A stretch of DNA of 57,493 nt, counting the filler, from Dugesia japonica (lineage: Eukaryota), in the NCBI GenBank assembly GCA_001938525.1. It is 4 parts of 4 records of this genome, joined end to end, with 100 filler letters (N's around TTAATTAATTAA, not from the genome) between each part and the next. Parts side by side here need not be neighbours in the genome. Positions count along the whole stretch, not along the records: positions 16,852 to 30,133 come from MQRL01564802.1; positions 30,234 to 39,246 come from MQRL01623176.1; 2 more parts are not named here. One strand, written 5' to 3'. The notes beneath the pieces are model-generated. The model was given only the letters and a program-made list of their open reading frames with translations. It searched no databases and was not told the DNA's origin. Both the position numbers and the translations under genes were made by a program. This document shows, in pieces, positions 24,401-36,199 of this stretch (position 1 is its first letter; every line of letters starts with the position of its first letter).

Positions 24401-27400
24401 GTTTTACAATTGCAAATATTGCGAGAATAATTGTTGGACATAACCATTGATCGTTTTTCATAATTCATTTAAAATAAAAACTTCGATCAAAATTTGTTTA
24501 TTTTTGAGATTAATTCAATATTTCGTTTTTGTCTTCGTCAATTAAAGTCAATTCCTGACGAAAACAAAGTCAAAATATCGAATTAATTTCAAAAAACCAA
24601 AAAAAAATTTTTTGATCGAAGCTTTTATTTTAAATGAATAATAACTATTATTTATTATATTATATTTATTAATATATTTATATTTAATATATTCATTATT
24701 ATTTTATTATAAATAGGTTGAGAAATCGTTCCTCAAACAATCTTTCTAGACATTTAATAAATTATTTGTAATTTGAATTTTTTTATCTACTGATTTTAAT
24801 TATACTTAGTATTGTTACTATGTAGTTAAATATAATAATTTCTCATTAAATATCCACTATACATTTCAGCTATTTGATATATAAAAATATGGTATTTAAG
24901 AATATCATTGGTGAGAAATCCGATCCCCATTATGTGCTCATTCAAACTGAATAAAGTTATGATCAATCAACAGATAAAAAGTTTTTATAAGAATATTACG
25001 AAATAGTGGAGTGTAAATTATCATGAAATATAAAATTTTAATTAAATATTTCTTAAAATAATTAGTATTAATCAATTATTTATTAATATTAATTTAATAC
25101 AATATTTAGATCTAACACTGATCATAAACCTGATCCATTGACTGTTTCGGGATCACCATTAAATTCAAGACCACCATCTGCTTTGTATCATGAATTATCT
25201 TTAGATCATGAATCATTATGTAACCCACCTCCTTTTGTATCAGAAAATATTGACATAAATACTTTAGCCTGGGGTATAATTTCCTCCTCAGGAGGAAGAC
25301 TATGCCTTCCTCAATCAGGTAATTCAATAAATCTCTTTCATTTATTTAAATTAAACCATACCTTTAGGCATTACACTCACAATTGCACCAGGTAGTTTCA
25401 TTAATTCTTCTTCCAGTGAAATGTATCTGGCTGTGTCGAGAAACGATCCAAATCCACCAATATTGTCTGGTATGAATATTTTAATGGATTAAAGAAAATT
25501 ATTTTTCACTTGTCTAATTTTTGTTAACAATTATTTAAGTCAAAATGACTAGAACAATACAAAATTATAAATTCGATTGTCTTTCCTTCTAGATAACCTT
25601 TAAGTATATGTGTTTTAATTTTAATAAAAAAATAATTTTTTTGATAAAATCAACAAATGTTCAACATGTCGAATAAATTTCAATCAAATTCAATGTTTGA
25701 TTTTAATTTAATGAAATTAATGATTTATTAATTTTAAATTATGCAGTGGAATTCCATGTTTCAATATTATTTTTTAAAGAAATTATTAACTCTGAAATAA
25801 AAATTCAAAAATATTATAAATTCAATTCGTAATTACAAATTTCCACATTAATTTTATTTTTTTAAAAATTTTAATTTTCCACAATATTTAAACAAAAAAA
25901 TAAGACATTAAATTAAAATGACAAAATATACAAAAATCACACATTTCATGACATAAATTTATAAATAAATTAAAGTATTCAATTTTAAATTAATTTTTTA
26001 ATCATTTTATTAATATTCTATTATAATATATTTTGAAAACCTTTTAATTATTCTAATGATTATAAAATTAATAAATTTCATTAATTACATTAAATTAATG
26101 CAAATTAAATTTATTAAAAAAACCTAGTAATATATAAATAATTTGAAAACAAATATATTGCTTATTGTTTGTATTTATATAATANTATAAATTGTATATG
26201 CATTTTGTTAGACAATGAAACTTTGCTCACTCCAATTGTTTTATTTGGACCAAAATGTGTTTCAATATTAAAACCATGTGTGATTTCGGTACCACATTCT
26301 GCAGATTTGAGACAAGGAAATTGGGTTATTCGTTTACTTTCATGTGTTCTTCCAGATTCAAATGAAGACTCAAAAGAACCAATCTGCCAACCTATTTGGA
26401 AGGTAAATCGAATGGACTGTTAATCATTATTTTTGCTTTAATTTAGAATATAGCTACTATTGGATGTGAAACGGATCAAACGCCAATTTATACACATTTA
26501 GATCCATTTGCTGCATTTATAATGCTGGATAAACCACAAAAAATATGCCTGGTCGGGCAATCGTATCCTGGTGGAAAAGCTACAAAACGATTACGATTGG
26601 CCGCCTTCGGCAGACCATTATCAACCAACTCCTACTTGCCAAATTACAATATTAGAATCTATGTTTTTTCAGATACTAAAGAAGCATTTGAAAGTGTGTC
26701 ATCAATTGAAATGAAATTGGGCAGCACGCTTTTGGATATTACTTATCAGATTATTTTCAGTGATAGTATGGGTAATTTGTTCTTCTGTATTGANNNNNNN
26801 NNNNNNNNNNNNNNNNNNNNNNNNNNNNNNNNNNNNNNNNNNNNNNNNNNNNNNNNNNNNNNNNNNNNNNNNNNNNNNNNNNNNNTAATATCAATAAAAT
26901 AAAAAAATGATAATTACATTTTTAAAGATCATGTTAAAGGTCTTTTAATTTTATTTCTACTATAATGAATTTTATCAATTATAATTAGCGGACTCAGTAA
27001 AAAATTTATTACTCTCTTTTGATTATATGTGTAAAGAGTAGATTTTATTAACTTTTTTATTAAATTCTTTTTTTGTCGTTTAAATAGTTGTTCAAACGTT
27101 AAGCAGATTTTATATTTTTGGTATTGAATTTTTTAATAGGTATTGTAATTATTAAAAATTTTTGATTAAATTTTCTATTAAATTGTATTATAATTGTTGT
27201 AAACTTTAATAGTCTTTGATTGTATTTGTAGTTAGACAAGTTTGAGACAATCATCGTTGATTTAAAAGACTAGATCAGCTTGNNNNNNNNNNNNNNNTGG
27301 TAGGCCGCGCGCAGACTAATGGTGTATCGCAAAAAATGTTAACATTTACAAAAATAAAAAAGCAAATTTTAATATTATCAATAAAATAAAAGGATTGTTC

Positions 27401-28263
27401 GTTCTAAATACAATTTTATATAATTTATTTACATCAAACTTTAAAAAAACATTACATTCTACATTTTTATTCTTATTGTCTTCTATACCGGTGGGTCGCA
27501 AAATTTATTGGTTTAAATAGTGAGTCTCGTAAAACTCTGGGAACCGCAGAACTAGATCATTTCATTTAAAATTCATTATATGACAACGACAACAAATTAT
27601 AAATTTGTTTTTTAAACAAATTAAACAAACCAAATATTTCGCATTTCAAAATGAGTTTTTTATAATTTTATTTTAATAATAATTCAATTTGTTTAATTTT
27701 TAAATTATTTCAAAAATTTTAAATAGGTTTTGCAAAAATTTCAGATTATTTCTTAATATATTTTCATATTATATTATTTTTAAATTATTTATTTATTTTC
27801 GAATTCGTTGTATTTATTAAATCATCAGATTTTATTTAATTATTTACGTTAAAAACTTCGTTTGAAATGTCAAAATATTTAGTTTGTTTCAATCCATTCT
27901 CACTGTATTGATTTTTACATAATATTTGTGTAACAAATAAATTATATTCCATGGACAGAAAAAGTTTTTTTTATCAATAAAATTTGTTTGATGAATTCTG
28001 AGATTCTTGATTTGTAAATAAAAAATTTCCTAAAATTACTGTATTGTTCTTTTTTAAGGGTAGGAAGTGGTGTGATCGTTCAAAATTGAAGCATTTGAAA
28101 AAAACGTAAAAAACTTAAAAATTCTTTCTCTGTAAAACAAAATTAGTTTTAACTTAATAAATTGCAAAAAAACATGCCAATAAATATTATTATTNNNNNN
28201 NNNNNNNNNNNNNNNNNNNNNNNNNNNNNNNNNNNNNNNNNNNNNNNNNNNNNNNNNNNNNNN

Positions 28264-28295
<32 letters not shown>

Positions 28296-28577
28296 TTTTG
28301 TTTAGGAAATTCCATTTCAAGACATTTGGAGTGGAAGTCAATCAGAAACTTTACATTGTGCCTTCACCTTTGATAATATTGATCCATCACAACAGTCATT
28401 AACATGTCGAATCACCGCATATCAGAGTGGATTCTATAGTCACAAACAAGTTATTACTATCAAACAGGATAAATCAGATCGTAGCAGTTCAAAACGAGAT
28501 CTTATTCAACACGAGAAAGTTTTACTGTATTCAGATAGCAATAATACTTATCTGGATCCATTAATGACAGTTTTTAG
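18463..28577 (+). CDS. unc5: UNC5-family netrin receptor, partial multi-exon gene (Ig2-TSP1-TM-ZU5-UPA)
   Basis: GT-AG bounded, phase-consistent exons: 18463-18566, 18624-18798, 18844-18996, (21363-21410), 23213-23377, 23479-23520, 23568-23826, 25110-25318, 25368-25469, 26212-26402, 26447-~26793 (runs into N gap), 28306-28577. Motifs: LTCVPPESKP/VQWMKD/DAGNYSCTA (Ig), WSAWSVCDSNCKKSRTRSC (TSP1), DIAMYVGLF (TM), SSGGRLCLPQSGITLTIAPG and TLLTPIVLFGP (ZU5), KRLRLAAF and EIPFQDIWSG..LHCAFTF (UPA). Confidence 0.93.
18844..18996 (+). CDS. unc5: UNC5 thrombospondin type-1 exon
   Basis: TQWSAWSVCDSNCKKSRTRSCNNKDNCNEIVKEVESCTKTECE; AG at 18842-43, GT at 18997. Confidence 0.9.
19740..19920 (-). mobile_element. 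Penelope GIY-YIG fragment
   Basis: CKTIRTRIKEHLQQKE...ILGKGYNSSLHRKKHEEILI; similar to 30500-30660. Confidence 0.65.
21363..21410 (+). CDS. unc5: Candidate 48-nt symmetric cassette exon of UNC5
   Basis: Strong pyrimidine tract plus AG, donor GAG|GTGAG, phase 1-1, stop-free (DNRAVAPFVKNPNKNG), locally GC-richer. Confidence 0.6.
22074..22108 (-). ncRNA. Minimal hammerhead ribozyme, intact core, antisense in UNC5 intron
   Basis: rc AATTC-CTGACGA-A-GAC taa GTC-GAA-ATAT-A-GAATT; 5-bp stem I, 3-bp stem II, palindromic stem III. Confidence 0.75.
22500..22810 (-). mobile_element. Mariner N-terminal HTH fragment
   Basis: HLCNCMLYEFKRNKTAAE...ARRWFAKFKFGNFRLEDE. Confidence 0.8.
23213..23826 (+). CDS. 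unc5: UNC5 transmembrane and juxtamembrane exons (23213-23377, 23479-23520, 23568-23826)
   Basis: DIAMYVGLFVAVTILVMVITVIFCLIRRK TM helix with basic stop-transfer, then a Ser/Pro-rich linker; all phases are compatible. Confidence 0.88.
24401..24640. repeat. Foldback element with two opposed degenerate hammerhead cores, next to (TAA)n
   Basis: Same family as 12760-12980; arms attcatttaaaataaaa.cttcgatcaaaa / ttttgatcgaagcttttattttaaatgaat. Confidence 0.75.
25110..26793 (+). CDS. unc5: UNC5 ZU5 and UPA exons (25110-25318, 25368-25469, 26212-26402, 26447-gap)
   Basis: WGIISSSGGRLCLPQSGITLTIAPG; ETLLTPIVLFGP..ILKPCVISVPHSA; LVGQS..ATKRLRLAAF..YNIRIYVFSDT. Confidence 0.92.
27276..27549. mobile_element. 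hAT (Charlie-like) MITE
   Basis: CAG start and GGGAACCGCAG end, flanked by near-identical 8-bp TSDs GACTAGAT / AACTAGAT. Confidence 0.65.
28306..28577 (+). CDS. unc5: UNC5 UPA C-terminal exon (absent from ORF track)
   Basis: EIPFQDIWSGSQSETLHCAFTFDNIDPSQQSLTCRITAYQ...MTVF(R); AG at 28304-05, GT at 28578. Confidence 0.9.
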
Positions 28578-30233
28578 GTTGGAATTCATTATTAATTTAC
28601 TAATAGAATAAATCTGATAATCAATATCCATTGATAATGTATTATATCGATGCGTAAAAAATTTTTGATTAATATGAAATTAAATCAAAGATTTATCCAA
28701 GATTTTGAAAATTCTATGAAATTTAATATTTATATTTAACCTATATACAATTCTTTAATTTTGATATTGCATTAATGTAATTTACGATTGGTTTTTTAGC
28801 CAGTTTGATTAGGTTATAATTGAAATTTGCTACAGTTTTCTTACCTTACTTTTAATCTTCTTACTGCCTTAGAGTCGGTTTATCTTTTATTTCACTTTAT
28901 TTCTTTAGATTACTAGATATTGACTTTACTTATTTTTTTCATGTGATTACTTTTTTATTGTTGAATTATTCTATTAAGAATCTCATTTAAGCAAATGGTT
29001 ATTATACCATTCTAATTCTAATTTAACAAAACTTGTGAAATAAAACAAAGATTTGATGTGTTAATTTTGGAAATTATTTATTAAAAGTATTACAGTTCAT
29101 TAAAATAACAATAATAATGGAAAAAAATAATAATTATTGTTATTGCATCATTTTTTTAATTGTATCATTACAATTATATCAATAAATCTGAGAATTGAAT
29201 TAAATATATTAAAGAATACAAAATATAGAACAAAACATATGGAAGACAAGATATAGAATAAAAGATGTAGAATACCATACATGGCAATGTTTCCTAAATT
29301 TTTTTTACAAATTCCTCCGACAGATCAGTATGATTAATTTGTTCCCCTTTTTTAAAAATTTTAAAACCTAGTTATACATATATATATATATTTTCTTACT
29401 GATTGAAACACAATTAATTCCCATTAATTCCCATTCAGCTAATATTAGAAATTATAAATTAATTTGTTTATTGTTGATGTGGATAATTTTTTTAAAAAAT
29501 TTATTGATTTTTTTGATTGCGAGACGGTTATAAAGCGAATAATGAATTCATTTAATATTTTATCAGGCTAGAATCGAAAATTATCCGTATAGTATCAGCT
29601 TTTATCAAAGTCAAATGTAACAACAAATAAATACAAATAAGGTTCAGATTTAATAACAATATGAAAAATCGATACAAAAATAATAATCAAATCGAAGTAT
29701 ACAAAGAAATTTGATTCAACAGGATTGATAATCAATTGATTAATAAATTATGTATTGAAATTTCAGTTTTCGGTGCCGACAATATATTTTTTGACACGTT
29801 GAATAATCAGTTAAAAATAATAATAGTAATAATAATAATTATAAGATAGTTTTTTAAAAAACAGATTAAAATTTTTTTTTTTGAAAACGGAATTTATTAA
29901 AATCAAAAGTATTTAAAATTGNATCAAGAAAATAATTTATAAAATAAATTTATACAATTAAAGGATTTTTAAAATATAAAATTAAATGAATAAAATAAAT
30001 CTATTTTAGTGTATTTTTTAAAATCAAAATATAATTTAAATATAAAATATAAAATTAAGTATTTAGTATTTTCCGTTTTTAAATATGAATTTTTAAATTT
30101 GTTTGTTTTAACAAATAATGATTTCATAGTTTTNNNNNNNNNNNNNNNNNNNNNNNNNNNNNNNNNNNNNNNNNNNNTTAATTAATTAANNNNNNNNNNN
30201 NNNNNNNNNNNNNNNNNNNNNNNNNNNNNNNNN

Positions 30234-30730
30234 AATGAAGAAATGAAATTGATTTCTCTCAAGTTGATAAAAAATAAATTCTTTAATAACAACTATCAAA
30301 ATATTTATCCTCGAATACAAAATGTAATAAAATCAAACACAGTAATGAAATCTTTCATTAATGAGAAATGTAGCCAAATCATGATAAATATAATAACAAA
30401 AAATTCTAAACTGAAACACAATCCAAGAATATTGTATTCAAAACGCAAGCACCTTGCATTTGTGATGGTAGAAATGCAATAATAAAAATATCACTTACAA
30501 AACAACATGCAGAACCATCCGAATAAGATCATTAAGGAACATCTGAAACAAAAAGAAATCGCAATCTCCAAACACTTTCAACATCACATAACATGGAAAA
30601 CACTAGGAACAGGCTACATTTCTAAACTTCATAGAAAAATACATGAAGAATTACTTAACAATCCTAAAAATCAATGTTGTAATTTATAACCAATTTTAAA
30701 AGTCCAACAAAGTTCCACGATTAACATTTG
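30234..30730 (+). mobile_element. Penelope linker and GIY-YIG remnant
   Basis: QSKNIVFKTQAPCIC...TCRTIR..IKEHLKQKEIAISKHF..WKTLGTGYISKLHRKIHEELL. Confidence 0.7.
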
Positions 30731-32135
30731 ATCTAATTATATAAATTAAAAAGTTTATGATAATAACTTTTGTGTGGTACAAGTATCCAGCACCGATCTG
30801 TGTGGAATAGCTACAAAATGAAGTTAAGCAAATCATAACATGCACAGTTAAATAATATCATTATAATTGATTTTGTTAAAGTTTTTCTTTAAACAATTTA
30901 AGCGAACTCAATTTGATATCTACCTTTAATAGAACCTCTGTGTGAAGAGTAAATAATTCTGAAAATTAATCAAATTTGTAATCATCATATACAGTCAAAC
31001 CTGTCTATAAGAAACACTAGAATTGACAAAATGGATTTTTAATCAAGTTCTAACAAACATTTTGAAGTTTGTTTTAAATAAAAAAAGAATCATATAACAA
31101 CTTTAATTCTGGATATTAAGATTGATTTTCTGCTATACGAAAATTGGATTTCTAACAAAATTAAACATAATCATTCAACAGTTTTTATATGACTAAAATT
31201 CTATTAAAATTTCATCAATCAAGGCCAAATCGGGAAGTGAGAATCTCTGAAAACAATAAAATACGAAGCTCTCGTTGCGGAATCCCAGCTCTTGGTTCGT
31301 GCACAAAATGTGAAGACGATAAATATTTAAATAAAAATGAACTTTAACGTATTTATAAATCAATTTATCTAGAAATGTCAAAGAAAATCTGGCTTAAGGA
31401 TGCTATGGAATCTCCGGACGGATGAGGTTTCTCTGCTCCTCCTCAGAATTTTAAGCCAATATTGTATGACTCTTGGAGAGAGATTAAAGAGGCTTGGTGA
31501 CAGTATGAAGATTGAATTCGGATAAAAAAAATCTGGAGATTTGTGAACAACAAACGGAGTTAATGTGAAAAGTGGAACAGCTAGAAAATCAACTGATCGT
31601 GTAAGAACAGGATTGGGAGAAACAGAATTAGGCTCTCGCATACTTATTGTGTAAAGAGACTAACTATTTTAGGAGACCTCCGACAATAACAGATTATGGA
31701 AACATATTGAAATTGAACTTATTGGCACATAACCAAACAGTCAAAAGATTGGATGCAGGATTCGAGCGGATAATACCAACGCTCATCGAAAATCTTGTGG
31801 AAAAGGATGAAGTTATTGAAGGAGATAGTGAAGAAACTTTAGTGTAAATGTAATGCTTTTTTATATTTTATTTTTATTATTTTTTTTATAAAAAAGTACA
31901 TGTACATGTATATGTGTGTGTATAAATACACACAGACACGTATAATTATAAAAGTAATATAAAAAATATTATTATGCAAACAATAGTCAATAATAATTAT
32001 TGACACTAATTAAAAAAATTAAATTTAAAATACAAACTTGGCAACAGCCATATGAAATAAAGGTAGATAAATTAAATTCATTTAATATAAAAGCTTAGAT
32101 CAAAATTTAGGTTTTAATTATTGATATTGGATAAC

Positions 32136-32170
32136 AATTCGATTTTTCGACCTTGTCTTCGTCAGAAATT
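32136..32170 (-). ncRNA. Minimal hammerhead ribozyme
   Basis: rc AATTT-CTGACGA-A-GAC aag GTC-GAA-AAAT-C-GAATT. Confidence 0.65.
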
Positions 32171-33129
32171 GACTTTTAAAAGTAAATCAAAAAAAAATCA
32201 AAATNGTTCTAAGTAGGCATAATAAATTAAATAAGGCTACCCTCAATACGTTACAGTATATATCGAACAATCCACGGCAATTAAATTTGTTGTGAATAAA
32301 GGCTATAGCAATAAATCTAGTTTTCGTTCAACATATTTGTTTCCCTGATAATGTCACATTAGATTAACTAGAATAAGTTATCTCAAACTAATTCAATATT
32401 CACTACACGAAAGTGTTATATGAATTAAATTTTTGTTTCACTGTAATAACCTTCCTTTGTTTGCAATCATAAGCCTGGCAGAAACGAGTTTCTAGCAAAA
32501 CGAAAACTATACTGTGCAGAACTTAAGAAGTCCCAGATAGAAATAAAGGATCTCAAGGAAGAAAACCATACCAACAAACGGAAGATGACAGTCCTGAGCA
32601 AAAAATTAAGTGTAAGCTGCAGACGTGAGAAATCTTTATTAGAGAGGTCGCTGTCCTGGTCAATATAAAGCCTTGTAGAAGGACTACGATAGCAAAATAG
32701 TTATTGAACATGACTGCGTTATAACCGAGGAAATTATTTTGGATCTCCTTGAATCCTGTGCTCAAATCGACGTGTTCATTACTTTAAAGTCTGTAGTTTT
32801 AAGTCAAAACATAAAATCAACACAAATAGCGAGTCGAACAAACGAAAATAAGGCCAGCAAAATCTGAGAATAATAAACATCAATAGACTTTCTAAAGACG
32901 GGATACAGCATAGTCCCACATTAACTAGGGAGTAGATGATCAACATGCGAGGTGTTGATAAATATCTGCCGACTTCAGGGAATNTAACATTAGAGAAGAA
33001 GTTAAATGTCCAACAACCAAAATATAAACGAGAACGACGATAAATAAATAACATTAGAAACCTCAAAGCCCAACAAAATTATTACAAGAACTAATTTTAA
33101 TATAATAATATATAATATATACCAAATTA

Positions 33130-33531
33130 TTTATATTAAAAATTTCAACCAGATATGCATCATCAATAATGTTTTCCAAATTTATTTTGATCATTTTGAC
33201 TTCTAAACTCTTCAGCAGGTATCGCTTGTTACGAATCTGTTTTATCACCTCTTATGAACCTGTATATCTTTCTTTGTCTTTTTATCTGTTTTTTAATTTG
33301 ATTAGCATCTCGTTTCCAACTTATAAATTTTTCTTTTTTGGTGTCAACTCTTTAGATTCTTTCTTCTTTTCTCCATTGAACCGTCTTTCTCCTAGTATCT
33401 TTTTACCAAATATCATTTATGCTGAACTCATCCCCAAAGTCTTTTAACTTGTTGCATTCAGAGTAAATTCCATATCTGGTACAAACTCTTTCTAATTTTG
33501 ATCCTTTTCATGTTGCATTGATGCAATCTAT
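33130..33531 (-). mobile_element. Gypsy integrase C-terminal remnant
   Basis: FVPDMEFTLNATS*KTLGMSSA*MIFGKKI...YEEVIKQIRNKRYLL. Confidence 0.7.
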
Positions 33532-33782
33532 TGTTGGGGTTCCACCGAGTTGGATGGTAAGAAATTTGTGACTGGGGGAAAACAGCCCTCAGGGGAACCC
33601 GTTCAAGAACTTTACCTACCGCCCCTAGGGTAGGTATTCAGTTCATGGCGGTTGACCTCTCTCTTAATGGGAGGTGCACACCCATAAACCTTTGTATTCG
33701 GCTTCATTATTTTCCCTAATATTTTCAGCAAAAGAAAGAAAATACATTATTAATTATATACATTTTATTTCATAAAAATTAT

Positions 33783-34165
33783 TTATATCAAATCCAGCGC
33801 CCCTGGATCTAACCAATGGGTTGAATTGGTTACCGAAAAGTTAAAGGCGACGGCATCGTCATTATCATCCCATTGAATCCAGGTTGGGTTGCCTATTTGG
33901 CGAGAAAGATCGGCGATGTATTGTTTAAGAAATTCTATCTTTCGTTGTAAAAGTTGCTTCGTCTCTGCTTTTAATGCCTTGGTTTGAGCCGCCAAATCGC
34001 TCTGTTTCTTTACAAATAGATTTAATTGTTTTATCATTTTATCTCTCTGGGCCAATTGTTTAAGGATGACTCGATCAGTTTTCTTTTTAAGGTGTCTTTC
34101 TATCAAGAGCCGTTTCATAATCTGATGACACCGTCGTAAGCTACTAGGGAAGGCTATACGTGGCA
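33783..34165 (-). CDS. Open coiled-coil ORF or terminal exon, unknown function
   Basis: ~127 stop-free codons after a TTTAG acceptor; AATAAA 14 nt after the stop; heptad-like pattern. Confidence 0.5.
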
Positions 34166-34293
34166 CTAAATAAAAGAATTATAATGATATTCGAAGTATG
34201 ATAAGAATAATAATTATATGTGCTACTGAAAACAATTCATGATAAGATAACTAACAAAAGAAAATAATTTTATTAAAGTATAGCGACACACAA

Positions 34294-34651
34294 CTAGGGA
34301 CGAGAGACCTGAACTCCTCTGTCTACCATAAGAGGAACTAGGGCCATCATCTTCCTTAACTTCATGATGTCGTCAACCAATTTATTTTTTCGATCATGGT
34401 TGGACCGGATAACATCAGTTAGGGATTCCAGCTGAGCTTTCCATATTCTCTCCTGCTGATGCGAGGCCTCGGCTTCTGTATTGAAAGCCAGACACTTTTT
34501 CTTGTAACGTCGAACTTTGGCCTCTGCATTGACAACGTCGGCTTCCCAACGACGTTTGGCTAGCCTATACAGATTCCACGTAAGATCAAGGTCTTCGCTA
34601 GTCTCTCGTAATTTTTTTTGCAGAGCCTGCGATTTATTCAGAGAGGAGTGC
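34294..34651 (-). CDS. Open coiled-coil ORF or terminal exon missed by the ORF track
   Basis: TTTCAG acceptor, then 118 stop-free codons HSSLNKSQALQKKLRETSEDLDLTWNLYRLAKRRWEADVVNAEAKVRRYKKKC...VSRP*; AATAAA at 34269-74. Confidence 0.55.
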
Positions 34652-35281
34652 CTGAAATAATATTTTATTAATTATGAAGATTACAAAGTTCAGTAACATA
34701 TCCTTAATAGAATACCAATTTATCTTAACAACATGAGCAAATATAATACAAATCAGCAATAAATGAGACACCTATTTATTTACATTTTCAAGCAAAAGAC
34801 AGGATTTATTGGGGATTAATATTATTGTCAACAATGGGAGCTGTATTTTCAGCATCCTCCCCTCCGAAAGGTTCCCTAATTCCCCAGAGCATATTGGCGA
34901 TGAAAGCCTGAACTACTGGTGGGGAGCTGGAGGTTGATAACGGAATGGAGTAGCGTGGTTACGCTCAGGCCCATTTCATTTGTGGAAGTTCAGTCGCTCC
35001 CCGAAGCTCTAGATACGATAAACAGCCGATTCAACGGGAGGTAGATTGGATCTATCGACTAAAATCACCGCATCTCGATTGTGAGGATTGTGATGTCGTC
35101 GGAAGATTATTCGACGGGTACGTCTATCCACTACTCTTCCCCATATAGACTCCATTTCTTAGAAAACAAGGGAAAATAATAAAATTCAAATAACACAACA
35201 TTAAGATATCGGAAATCATTTATATAATTAATTATGACAAAACACCAAGTTTTCCACAGGTACTATTTTATCCTAGAGCTG

Positions 35282-35482
35282 TCAGCAAAGCAAAAATCTC
35301 TCTTCATCTAAGTCGACCCCATCTTTCAAAGGAAACATCTCTGCAAGACAACGAAGGTCTATTTCATCTGGGTGCTCAATTTCCCCTTTGGTCAGTAAGT
35401 GAGCTATCAATTGTTTTGACCGGCTAATCTGGCGTTGCTTTTTTATCCAACACAGGGTACGATACAATTCTGTTGGCATAAG
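35282..35482 (-). CDS. Small ORF preceded by a splice acceptor, unknown function
   Basis: TTCTTTAG|CTT ATG; 65 aa, open. Confidence 0.4.
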   Translation of the reverse strand, partial: LMPTELYRTLCWIKKQRQISRSKQLIAHLLTKGEIEHPDEIDLRCLAEMFPLKDGVDLDEERFLLC

Positions 35483-36199
35483 CTAAAGAATGAAACTATT
35501 AACCGCAGTCTTTAACTTTGGGCTTAGATTCCCAGAACAAATCGTTGTCGCTGACTAATATTATTAATATAAGGATTTTACCATGGAAAAGGTGATAATA
35601 AAGGGGATGTCGTAAATTAGGATCATAATAACTTTGTTAGAGGAATAGGGATATTCCAACTACTATTAATAATAATAATAAGTATCACCACAATAATATG
35701 CAGCAGGGACAAAATTATTTTAGTAGTAATATTAATAATAAAGATACTCATTACCATGCACGGAAACATGATATCATTGGTGTTGGACCTGGTAGTAACA
35801 ACAATCCTAATCCGAAATAATAATTAGTCAAATATTTTCACATTCAGTTCTCAAATTCTTGATAATTTTAATGGGTTGATATTGATTCTGATAAAACGAT
35901 ACTATTAATACTAATGACAAGAATCCATGTAGTAATGGTTATCATAACCATTATAATATTATTACCCACTAATAATAATAGCAATAGTGCTAGTCCTAAT
36001 AGTAAAATTGCTATTACTAATAATAATCATAATGATCACAGCAAAATAAAAATATTTTTCTTTGCTAATACTTTCGAATTTCTGAGCGGTGCAATTGCTT
36101 AGTGATTTTGTTCTTTTTAAATGATTATACCGATCTTATTGGTGTTGGAGGGTGTGATTACCAATTTACTCTCGTGTAGGTGTGTAAAGTCAGAGAATC

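Noticed and set aside
35500-36110. Asn-rich or hydrophobic ORF-like stretch next to the cassette
   Set aside because: Multiple stops in the frames I read; low-complexity (AAT)-derived sequence.
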